DNA from: an uncultured Chromatiales bacterium | Lineage (GTDB): Bacteria; Pseudomonadota; Gammaproteobacteria; 21-64-14 | DNA: 46,020 bases | Direction of reading: 5' to 3' | NCBI GenBank assembly: GCA_964487445.1 | Contig: CAZAQG010000004.1 | Coordinates: forward strand, 1 to 46,020 | Part shown: positions 20,236 to 30,125 of the stretch, in pieces | How the letters are laid out: the number at the start of each line of letters is the position of its first letter | Position numbering within the stretch: position 1 is the first letter of the stretch | Made by a program: the position numbers and the translations under genes | Notes under the pieces: model-generated | Databases searched by the model: none | The model's input: only the letters and a program-made list of their open reading frames with translations | What the model was told of the DNA's origin: nothing

Positions 20236-21591
20236 ATGACGAAGACTTACGACCTGCTGGCGATCGGCGCCGGCAGCGGGGGCCTGTCGGTGGCGCAGCG
20301 CGCCGCGGAGCACGGTGCGCATTGCGCCATCGCCGAGGTCCGGGCCGACGCACTGGGCGGGACCTGCGTAAACCGCGGCTGCGTACCCAAGAAGGTGATG
20401 TGGTTCGCCGCCGAGATCGCGCGTTGCCTCTCGGACGCGCCCGCGTACGGCTTCGCCGCGGCGCCGGCGGCCTGCGACTTCGCCGTGTTGCGCGCGCGCC
20501 GCGACGAGTACGTGCACGGGATCAACGGCTGGTACCGGACCTATCTCGCGGACTCGGACATCGATCTGCTGGCGGGTGCGGCGCGTTTCATCGATCCGCA
20601 TACGGTGGAGGTCGGCGGCGAGCGCTACCGCGCCGGGCGCGTGGTGATCGCCACGGGCGGCGCGCCCGCGGTTCCCGATCTGCCGGGCGCGGAGCTGGGG
20701 ATCACCTCGGACGGTTTTTTCGAGATGGAGTCGTTGCCGCGGCGGGTCGCGGTGGTGGGCGCGGGCTACATCGCCGTCGAGCTGGCGGGGATCCTCAACG
20801 CGCTCGGCAGCGACGTCACGTTGCTCCTGCGCCGCGAGCAGTTTCTGCGCAGCTTCGATGCGATGCTGCGCGAGACGTTGATGGAGGAGATGATCAACAG
20901 CGGTGTGACCGTGGTGCCGAAATCGCAGGCCGCCTCGATCCGCGCCGCCACGGACGGGACGCTCGATCTGGTATGCGCCGGGGGCGGGATTCTGCCGGGT
21001 CTCGACCGGCTCATCTGGGCGATCGGGCGCCTGCCCAACATCGCGGGGCTCGGCCTCGAGGCCGCCGGGGTGGCGCTCGATGAGCATGGCTTCATTCCGG
21101 TCGACGACTTCCAGAACACCAACGTCCCCGGAGTGTACGCGCTCGGGGATATCACCGGGCGCGCCGCGCTCACCCCCGTCGCAATCGCCGCGGGGCGCCG
21201 GCTCGCCGACCGCCTCTTCGGGGGGAAGCCCGAGCGCCGCCTCTCGTACGAAAATATCCCCACGGTGGTCTTCAGTCATCCGCCGATCGGCACGGTCGGG
21301 CTCACCGAGGAACAGGCGCGCGCCACCCACGGCGACGCGGTCAAGGTCTACCAGAGCTGCTTCAAACCGATGTACTACGCACCCATGGAGACCGGGCACC
21401 AGGCGTGCATGAAGCTGGTGACGGTCGGTGCGCGCGAGAAGATCGTGGGTTGCCACATCATCGGCCCCGGCGCCGACGAGATGCTCCAGGGGTTCGCCGT
21501 GGCGATCCGGATGGGGGCCACCAAGGCGGATTTCGACGACACGGTGGCGATTCACCCGACCAGCGCCGAAGAACTCGTCACCATGCGGTGA
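20236..21591 (+). CDS. gor: Glutathione-disulfide reductase
   Basis: ATG at 20236 ([16 protein letters not shown]). It has the redox-active [13 protein letters not shown] motif and a C-terminal [12 protein letters not shown]. Confidence 0.9.
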   Translation: MTKTYDLLAIGAGSGGLSVAQRAAEHGAHCAIAEVRADALGGTCVNRGCVPKKVMWFAAEIARCLSDAPAYGFAAAPAACDFAVLRARRDEYVHGINGWYRTYLADSDIDLLAGAARFIDPHTVEVGGERYRAGRVVIATGGAPAVPDLPGAELGITSDGFFEMESLPRRVAVVGAGYIAVELAGILNALGSDVTLLLRREQFLRSFDAMLRETLMEEMINSGVTVVPKSQAASIRAATDGTLDLVCAGGGILPGLDRLIWAIGRLPNIAGLGLEAAGVALDEHGFIPVDDFQNTNVPGVYALGDITGRAALTPVAIAAGRRLADRLFGGKPERRLSYENIPTVVFSHPPIGTVGLTEEQARATHGDAVKVYQSCFKPMYYAPMETGHQACMKLVTVGAREKIVGCHIIGPGADEMLQGFAVAIRMGATKADFDDTVAIHPTSAEELVTMR

Positions 21592-21625
21592 ATACGCCGC
21601 CGCGATGTTGATCCGCGGCGCGCCG

Positions 21626-22513
21626 TCAGCCGGAGCCGGCGGCGAGTTCGCGGCGCAACGCCGCGATCACCCCGGTGGTCTGCGGGCGCACGCCGTGCCA
21701 TATCGCGAACGATTCCGCCGCCTGTTCGACCAGCATGCCCGTCCCGTCGCTCACCACCCGCGCCCCCTGCCCCTGCGCCCAGAGCAGGAACGGCCGCGCC
21801 GCGACGCCGTAGGCGAGGTCGTAGCAGACCACGTCCGGCCCGAGCAGACCGTCGGGCAACGTCGGCAGCGCCCCGGTGATCAGCGCGTCGACGAAGTGCA
21901 GGATGGGCAGCGCCCCGGCGATCCCGGCCGAGGTGGCGTTGAGGACGAGATCGAAAGGGAGGTCGGGCCGTTGATCGAGGCCGCCGCCCGAGACCGGACC
22001 CAGGCCGCGCGCCTCGGCGGCGAGCCGCAACGCCCTCTCGGCGGTGCGGTTGGCGATGTGCAGCGCCGCCGGGTGTTCCCCGAGCAGCGGAGCGAGGATC
22101 CCGCGCGCCGCCCCGCCCGCGCCGAGCAGCAGGATGCGCCGGCCGGTGAGCGCGAGACCCAGGTTGACGGTGAGGTCGCGCACCAAGCCGACGCCGTCGG
22201 TGTTGTCGCCGAGACGCGTCCCGTCGTCGCGCAGTACCAAGGTGTTGACCGCGCCCGCCCGCTCGGCGCGGGCCGTGCGCTCATCGCACAGCCGCCACGC
22301 CTCCTCCTTGAACGGCAGGGTGACGTTCGCACCGCGTCCGCCCTCGGCCTGGAAGGCGTCGAGCGCGGCGGCGAAACCCTCGCGCGGGGCGAGGATCGCC
22401 TCGTAGTGGAGAGGCCGCCCGGTCTGTTCGGCGAAGCGGCGGTGGATCCAGGGCGAGCGGCTGTGGGCGATCGGGTTGCCGAATACCGCGTAGCGGCCGG
22501 TCGGTTCGCTCAT
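21626..22513 (-). CDS. aroE: Shikimate dehydrogenase
   Basis: ATG at 22513 (MSEPTGRYAVFGNPIAHSRSPWIH...). It has the NVTLPFKE and GAGGAARG motifs. Confidence 0.92.
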   Translation of the reverse strand: MSEPTGRYAVFGNPIAHSRSPWIHRRFAEQTGRPLHYEAILAPREGFAAALDAFQAEGGRGANVTLPFKEEAWRLCDERTARAERAGAVNTLVLRDDGTRLGDNTDGVGLVRDLTVNLGLALTGRRILLLGAGGAARGILAPLLGEHPAALHIANRTAERALRLAAEARGLGPVSGGGLDQRPDLPFDLVLNATSAGIAGALPILHFVDALITGALPTLPDGLLGPDVVCYDLAYGVAARPFLLWAQGQGARVVSDGTGMLVEQAAESFAIWHGVRPQTTGVIAALRRELAAGSG

Positions 22514-22548
22514 CGCGGGATGCGTCGCCGGCGGCGCGGCACCCGCAT

Positions 22549-24420
<1,872 letters not shown>

Positions 24421-24610
24421 TTACAACGGGTTGCGTCATCGATTGTTCATTAAGCGGTTGAGTCCTGGTTGAATCGTCCCTAATAGCGGGCGCGAAGCGT
24501 GCGCCGGGCCGGTGATTTTCGCCTTGTGGGCGTCGGTTTTTTTTACAAATGGCGCTTCGCGCTTGCCGGCGAATCGAAAATCCGTACGAAAAAGAGTCGA
24601 TTGCCGGTCG

Positions 24611-24626
24611 TGGCGTGGTTTTTGCA
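24611..24626 (+). promoter_or_regulatory. Candidate sigma-54 (RpoN) -24/-12 promoter
   Basis: TGGCGTGGTTTTTGCA against the consensus TGGCACG-N4-TTGCW. The invariant GG (24612-13) and GC (24624-25) have the exact 12-nt register. It lies about 92 nt upstream of the ATG at 24718, in an AT-richer leader. Confidence 0.5.
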
Positions 24627-24717
24627 CTGGCCTTGGAATATCACTGGATGGGTGGCGGACCGGGACCGATGTCCCGGGTGTGGCCGGGATGTCCGGCCGG
24701 TGCGAGAGGGGTGAACC

Positions 24718-25494
24718 ATGGGGGTGCGCACGGACCTGCTGCTGGCGGCGGCCGTGTGGGTCGCTGCGGCGGTATCGGCCGGCGCTGCGGTACCGGGTCA
24801 CTCGCTGCACCTGACCCTGGAATGGGGGAGCGCCCCGGTGGTGGAACGGACGCTGGCGCCGGAGCAGGGCCCCGGCGGCGCGCGCGTCTTCCGGTGGAAC
24901 GATCGCGAAGCCGGCTGTTGCGACTCCCGCGGCGAACTGATCGTGGACCGCGAGTCCATCGTCCGCCTCGATCTGCTCCTGCACAACGGCGCTTCCACCA
25001 CGCGGGCCGTGCGCCTCGGCCTGGTCCTATCCCTGCCGCGCGGGCTGCGCGCGCCGACGGAACTGTCCGGTGCATTGACCGGCCGGGTCAGCGGGGCGAC
25101 CGGGGCCGTCACCGGGAGTTCGGACCTCGCATCGCTGGATGGTTCGCCGCTATTCACGCTGCTGCTGAACGGCACGCCGGTGGCGTCATCGCTACGCCCG
25201 CCGGTGCGACTCTTCGGGTCCGGAGAGATCGATATCCCCCTCCACTCCTTTACGGGGCGCTACGGCCCGGCGGCCGGAGATGCCGCCGGCCGGAAATTGG
25301 GTATCCGCCTGCGCCTGCGTCTCGGTCCCGGCGCTACCGTGCGGTTCCGTACGCAGGCGCGCATGGCGACCATCCCGTTCCCGGTCGGGGTGCTGGCCCT
25401 GGGCGGGGTCCTGCTCGCGATCCTCGTGCTGGTGCGCCGGCGCCGATCCGCACGCCCCGCCCCCGCCCGCCCCGAGGGGCATCGCCGATGGTAA
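24718..25494 (+). CDS. Hypothetical secreted protein with a PEP-CTERM-like C-terminal sorting/anchor tail
   Basis: 258 aa, with strongly G/C-ending codons (coding-like) and SD-like gagagggg upstream. It has a signal-peptide-like N-terminus (MGVRTDLLLAAAVWVAAAVSAGAA) and the C-terminal tail TIPFPVGVLALGGVLLAILVLVRRRRS. I recognise no family for the body. Confidence 0.7.
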   Translation: MGVRTDLLLAAAVWVAAAVSAGAAVPGHSLHLTLEWGSAPVVERTLAPEQGPGGARVFRWNDREAGCCDSRGELIVDRESIVRLDLLLHNGASTTRAVRLGLVLSLPRGLRAPTELSGALTGRVSGATGAVTGSSDLASLDGSPLFTLLLNGTPVASSLRPPVRLFGSGEIDIPLHSFTGRYGPAAGDAAGRKLGIRLRLRLGPGATVRFRTQARMATIPFPVGVLALGGVLLAILVLVRRRRSARPAPARPEGHRRW

Positions 25495-25605
25495 CCGCCT
25501 GAATGCGCGGGGTCCCCGCCCCGTCCCTCGCCGCCGGGCCCGTTCAAGGGCCCCGGTACTCCGGCCGATACGATAACCAGTGCGCCACGCAGGCGTTCCG
25601 GTCGG

Positions 25606-28224
25606 TTGGGAGATCCCACCGAATTGCAACGAATTCTTCTCATCGAACGCTCCGCCACGCTCCGCCACGCCGTGGGCAAGCGGTTGAGCGACTACGGCTA
25701 TCGGGTCGAGCAATTGAGCGGCTACGATCAGGCACTCGAGCGCCTGATGCACGCGGAAGAGGATCCCGACTACAGCGGGATCGTGGTCGGGTGGCCGACG
25801 CGGACCGATCCCCATGCCGATGAATTCCTCTCGGTACTGGACGACCCGGAGCGACGGGACCAGGCGGTACTGATCCTCGCCCATGACTCCGGCGCCACGT
25901 TGCGCGAATGGGTGTCCAACCGCGCCGGCACCGCCCTGCTGCTGTGGGACAACTACACCGAGGCGGTACCGACCCTGGGCAAGCTGCTCACCCCCAAGGT
26001 CCGGGAAGAACCCGAGACGTCGCCGCCCGCACTCGACGAGCACCCCATCCGGATCCTGTTCGTCGACGATTCTCCGAGCGTGCGCGGCTTCTTCCGGCGT
26101 CTGCTGCAGCGGCACGGCTATCGCACCGATACCGCGGCCGGCGTGAGCGAGGGGATGGAAAAGGCCCTGCACACGAAGTTCGACATCGCGATCATCGACT
26201 ACTACATGCCGGGGGCGACCGGCGACGTGTTGTGCCGGAAACTGCGCGAGGATGCTCGCACCCGGCGCATCATGAGTTCCATCATCACCAGCACCTACCT
26301 CGAGCAGGTGATCCGGGACTGCCTGGACGCCGGCGCCGTGGAATGCATGTTCAAGAACGAGGCCGACGAGCTGTTCCTCGCCCGGATCGCCGCGATGGAG
26401 CGTGCAATCCGTTTCCAGCAGTCCATCGAGGCGGAGCGCAGGCGGCTGGAAGGCATCCTCAGCTCCGTGGGGGAGGGCGTGTACGGCGTCGACGAGGCCG
26501 GCCGGATCACCTTCCTCAATCCGGCCGCGCTGAAGATCCTCGGCTATCCGGAGGACGCGCGCCTCGAGGGGCGCGAACCGCGCGCGCTGTTCCACTACGC
26601 CGACGAACGCGGCGTCGCGATCGAAGCGCAGACCTGTACGCTCACCCGCGCCTATAGCGGGCACGAAGAGGTCACCTCGTGGGAGACGGTCTTCTGGAGC
26701 CGCGCCGCGAAACCGGTCCCGGTGGAATGTACCGTGTGTCCGCTGACCATCGGGGGCCGTCGCCGGGGCTCAGTGGTCGCGTTTCGCGACATCTCGGAGC
26801 GCAGGAGCCTCGAGGATCGGTTGCGCTGGCAGGCCACCCATGACCCGTTGACCGAATTGATCAACCGCCGCTATTTCGAGGAGCAACTCGGGCGGGAGAC
26901 GAGGCGTCTGAAGCGCAGCGGCGAACACAGCGCGTTGTTGTATATCGATCTGGACCGGTTCAAATACATCAACGATTCTGCCGGGCACGCGGCCGGCGAT
27001 CAATTGCTGATCGCGGTCGCCCAACAACTGCGCGGCCTGCTGCGCGAGACGGACCTTCTGGGCCGCATGGGCGGCGATGAGTTCGCCGTCATCCTGCGCA
27101 ATATCGACCCCGGGCATGTGCATGACGTGGCGGACAAGTTCCGTGACCTGCTCGGCCGCTACAGCTTCGTGGACGGCGACAAGCAGTATCGGGTCTGCGC
27201 GAGCATCGGCGTCGCCGTGATGGACAAGAACAGCCCGTCCCCGGGTGACGTGCTGGCCAACGCGGATATTGCCTGTCACGTCGCCAAGCGCGCCGGGCGC
27301 AACCAGACCCACCTCTATGAGAACGGGCATAAGGAAAAGGAGGCCATGGACCAGGACCTCGGTTGGCACAGCCGCCTGCGCGAGGCCCTGCAATACGACC
27401 GTTTCGTTCTGCACTACCAGCCGATCCTGCCCATGGAAGCCGTGGATATTGCGCATCTCCCGGAGCGTGCCGGGGTGTTGTGGGCCGAACTCAACCGGCG
27501 TGCGCCGCGCGATCCGATCTGTCTCGAGGTGCTCGTGCGCCTGCGTGGCCCGGGCGGTACGCTCATCCCGCCCAATGCGTTCCTGCCCACCGCGGAGCGT
27601 TTCGGTTTCATGCACGAGATCGATGTCTGGATCCTGACCCGCGCCCTGGAGGAACTGGTTGCCCTCCGGGGAGCGGCGCGGCGTGTGGTGCTCTCCGTCA
27701 ATCTTTCGGCGGGCATTCTCGAGGATCGCTTCGCCCTGCCGTACATCAAGGGGACCCTGGATGACCTGAGTCTGGATCCCGACTGCCTGATCTTCGAGAT
27801 CACCGAACGCTCGGCGATCCACAATCTGGAGGCGGCGCGGCGTTTTATCTCCGAACTCAAGAACCTCGGCTGCCGCTTCGCGCTCGACGACTTTGGATCC
27901 GGGTTCAGCTCCTTCTCCCACCTCAAGCACTTGCCGGTAGACATGGTCAAGATCGATGGCTCGTTCGTGCAGGACATCGCGCACGATCCGATCGACTGGG
28001 CGATGGTGCGATCGATAAACGACATCGCCCACTCCCTAGGACGGCGTACGGTCGCCGAGTGCGTGGAGAATGCCGCCACCCTTCGCATGCTGAAGGAGTG
28101 CGGCGTCGATTTCGTGCAGGGGGAATACTTGGCGGCACCGATTCTGTCTCTGGAGGACGCCGTGCACGGCGCCGGTGATCCGCCACTCATGGTCGCACAG
28201 GCGTCAACCGCTCGTCGTCGCTGA
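25606..28224 (+). CDS. Multidomain c-di-GMP signalling protein: degenerate REC - REC - PAS - GGDEF - EAL
   Basis: 872 aa. REC1 lacks the acidic pocket (LLIERS, VVGWP). REC2 is canonical (ILFVDDSP, IAIIDYYMPG). A PAS domain follows (ILSSVGEGVYGVDEAGRITFLNPAA). The GGDEF domain has an RETD I-site 5 residues upstream. The EAL domain has EVLVR, N, EITE, DDFG, KIDG, ECVE and QGEY. Start uncertain: TTG at 25606 or TTG at 25624. Confidence 0.88.
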   Translation: MGDPTELQRILLIERSATLRHAVGKRLSDYGYRVEQLSGYDQALERLMHAEEDPDYSGIVVGWPTRTDPHADEFLSVLDDPERRDQAVLILAHDSGATLREWVSNRAGTALLLWDNYTEAVPTLGKLLTPKVREEPETSPPALDEHPIRILFVDDSPSVRGFFRRLLQRHGYRTDTAAGVSEGMEKALHTKFDIAIIDYYMPGATGDVLCRKLREDARTRRIMSSIITSTYLEQVIRDCLDAGAVECMFKNEADELFLARIAAMERAIRFQQSIEAERRRLEGILSSVGEGVYGVDEAGRITFLNPAALKILGYPEDARLEGREPRALFHYADERGVAIEAQTCTLTRAYSGHEEVTSWETVFWSRAAKPVPVECTVCPLTIGGRRRGSVVAFRDISERRSLEDRLRWQATHDPLTELINRRYFEEQLGRETRRLKRSGEHSALLYIDLDRFKYINDSAGHAAGDQLLIAVAQQLRGLLRETDLLGRMGGDEFAVILRNIDPGHVHDVADKFRDLLGRYSFVDGDKQYRVCASIGVAVMDKNSPSPGDVLANADIACHVAKRAGRNQTHLYENGHKEKEAMDQDLGWHSRLREALQYDRFVLHYQPILPMEAVDIAHLPERAGVLWAELNRRAPRDPICLEVLVRLRGPGGTLIPPNAFLPTAERFGFMHEIDVWILTRALEELVALRGAARRVVLSVNLSAGILEDRFALPYIKGTLDDLSLDPDCLIFEITERSAIHNLEAARRFISELKNLGCRFALDDFGSGFSSFSHLKHLPVDMVKIDGSFVQDIAHDPIDWAMVRSINDIAHSLGRRTVAECVENAATLRMLKECGVDFVQGEYLAAPILSLEDAVHGAGDPPLMVAQASTARRR

Positions 28225-28380
28225 GGCGGCGACGTCGTTTACCGTCGCAGGGACGCTCGGGCGGGAAGCCGATCGAAACCGATAAAGCTCTTATGTTTCT
28301 TGCGATTATCGTTAACCCCGAGGCCTCATGGATTTTCCGGCATGTAAATTGCTTGTGTCTTGGCTGTACAGATGACGTTC

Positions 28381-28585
28381 GGCACCGATCCCGTCAGGGA
28401 CTTCAAGTGCGGTAGGATCGTGCCGATACGAGGGCCGGGGTGCCCGTGAGCCGGGGGCTTGCCCCCGCGCAAGCAGCCGCGATCTTGGATCGATCGAGAC
28501 GCGAGAGGCCGGGAACCACTGTCGGCTAAGTTACTCCTCCTGCGCCATATGGCGCTTACCCTGCCGTTTGGCAGGGTTTTTTTTT
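28381..28585 (+). ncRNA. Candidate small RNA or processed 3'UTR of unknown family, ending at a strong intrinsic terminator
   Basis: No credible ORF. It contains a series of hairpins: ggcaccgatcc...ggatcgtgcc with a cAGGGAc loop, gggggcttgccccc, gccg-GGGAAccactgt-cggc, and gcgccatatggcgc. It ends with the terminator at 28559-28585. The 5' end is not defined. Confidence 0.35.
28559..28585 (+). terminator. Rho-independent terminator
   Basis: ccctgcc-gttt-ggcaggg (7-bp GC-rich stem, 4-nt loop) followed by nine consecutive T (28577-28585). Confidence 0.85.
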
Positions 28586-28743
28586 GGCCCTGCCATCGTA
28601 ACCGTTCAAACCAGGCCATTCTTTAATATTGGCTCCTCAGCGGAACCTATGGCAGGATCGCGCGGCATCCACATCGGGTGACACCGCTCTGCGCCGGGAG
28701 AGGATGGAGGAGCCCGTACCATGGCAAGCAGAAAGGGCAAAAA

Positions 28744-28780
28744 GGGGACGGAGGGAATAAACAATATTCCCTCCGTCCCC
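28744..28780. terminator. Bidirectional intrinsic terminator (tsaC on the - strand; an unassigned + strand transcript)
   Basis: A perfect 16-bp stem, ggggacggagggaata / tattccctccgtcccc, with loop aacaa. It is flanked by caaaaa on the 5' side and tttctctttt on the 3' side. It begins 11 nt beyond the tsaC stop codon (28791-28793). Confidence 0.8.
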
Positions 28781-28790
28781 TTTCTCTTTT

Positions 28791-29408
28791 CTAGCCCGGT
28801 CGCAGGATGCGTCCGGTCCGCGCGTCGCGGATCTCCGTGGGGCGCCGCCGCCCGTCGGTGCGCCCGTGCACCAGATAGTCGATGTCGCGGCCGAACCACC
28901 GTCGTACCGCCAACGCGCTGCGTGCCGGCGGGCGCCCGGTGGGGTTCGCGCTGGTGGAGACGAGCGGGAAACCGGCCGCGATACACAACGCGGCCGCGAT
29001 CGGGTGTGCGGTAACGCGCACCGCGAGGCAGTCGTGCGCGCCGCGCAGCAACTCCGGGACCCACGGTTGCGCCGGGAGCAGCCATGTGACCGGCCCCGGC
29101 CATTCGGCGAATACCCGTGCGCGCAACGCACCCCTGAGCGGGCGCAGGAAGGGCCGGAGTTGGGCGAAGTCCGCGGCGATCAGGATCAGTCCCCTGTCCG
29201 CCGAACGGGACTTCAGTGCCAGCAACCGCTGCACCGCCGCGGGATTCAGGGGGTTGCAGCCCAGCCCGTAGACCCCCTCGGCCGGATAGGCCAACACCCC
29301 GCCCCCGCGCAGCACGGCGGCCGCGCGGCGCAGATGCCGGGGGTGGACGGGGCACGGATCGGCGCGCAACACGTCGCTACGCGGTCTGCGACCCATAGCC
29401 GAACCCAC
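28791..29408 (-). CDS. tsaC: L-threonylcarbamoyladenylate synthase, type 1
   Basis: 205 aa with GGVLAYPAEGVYGLGCNP, LLALKSRSADRGLILI and VSTSANPTGRPPA, which are YrdC/TsaC motifs. Confidence 0.9.
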   Translation of the reverse strand: MGSAMGRRPRSDVLRADPCPVHPRHLRRAAAVLRGGGVLAYPAEGVYGLGCNPLNPAAVQRLLALKSRSADRGLILIAADFAQLRPFLRPLRGALRARVFAEWPGPVTWLLPAQPWVPELLRGAHDCLAVRVTAHPIAAALCIAAGFPLVSTSANPTGRPPARSALAVRRWFGRDIDYLVHGRTDGRRRPTEIRDARTGRILRPG

Positions 29409-29510
29409 TACGCCACGCGGCCGGGGTCGGGACGACCGTGAGCGGGCGGGCGAGAAGCCGCATGAGCCGGGAATCGGGCATGGGCGCCATGGCTCGGGGG
29501 ATGGGGCGTC

Positions 29511-30017
29511 TCAGCGCGCGGCCTGCGCGTGGAGCCGCCGATCCTTTTCCAGGACCTGCGCGGCGTTCTGCTCCCGGTCGGTCCGCAGCCGCGCCGCGAG
29601 CTGCGCATCTTCGAGCGCCAGGATCTGGGCGGCGAGATAGCCCGCGTTGCGTGCCCCCGCTCCGCCCACCGCGACACAGGCGACCGGAATCCCGCCCGGC
29701 ATCTGGACGGTGGAGAGCAGCGCGTCGAGGCCCTGCAGCGGTCCGGTATCCAACGGAACCCCGATCACCGGCCGGATGGTGAGACCGGCCACGGTACCGG
29801 CGAGATGCGCCGCCATGCCCGCGACCGCGATGAACACGGCGCAGCCGCGCCGGTCGGCGTCCTTCACGTATTCATGCGTGGCGTCGGGGGTACGGTGTGC
29901 CGACAGAATGCGCGCCTCGAAAGGGACCTCCAAGGCGCGCAGTACCTCGAGGGTCTCCTCCACCCTCGGCAGGTCGGAGTCGGAACCCATCAGCACCGCA
30001 ACAAACGACTCGGCCAT
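29511..30017 (-). CDS. purE: N5-carboxyaminoimidazole ribonucleotide mutase
   Basis: 168 aa with VAVLMGSDSDLP, ILSAHRTPD and AGMAAHLAG, which are PurE signatures. Confidence 0.93.
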   Translation of the reverse strand: MAESFVAVLMGSDSDLPRVEETLEVLRALEVPFEARILSAHRTPDATHEYVKDADRRGCAVFIAVAGMAAHLAGTVAGLTIRPVIGVPLDTGPLQGLDALLSTVQMPGGIPVACVAVGGAGARNAGYLAAQILALEDAQLAARLRTDREQNAAQVLEKDRRLHAQAAR

Positions 30018-30125
30018 CGCATCTCCTCACCGCTATCCGCCATCATCGCCGGGGGACCAAGATAGCCGCGGCGCCGGATCCGGTCAAAGATCGTGGGCAC
30101 CGACGGTCCGCCGAACGGCGCCTGT

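Noticed and set aside
28381-28585. I considered whether the structured RNA is a known housekeeping RNA (6S, SRP/4.5S, RNase P, tmRNA) or an RsmY/RsmZ homolog.
   Set aside because: I found no RNase P GGAAAGUCCGG-type core, no tmRNA tag ORF or tRNA-like end, no long 6S closing helix, and only a partial AAGCAGCC resemblance to SRP helix 8 without the pairing partner. No TGTAAG-N6-CTTACA GacA box lies upstream (the nearest is TGTAAATTGCTTGTGT). Its identity is left open rather than assigned.
28721-29014. An ORF (MASRKGKKGTEGINN...) with a GGAGGA 9 nt upstream, inside the non-coding region after the GGDEF-EAL gene.
   Set aside because: It reads straight through the 16-bp terminator hairpin and then runs antisense to tsaC with an Arg-rich junk-like translation.
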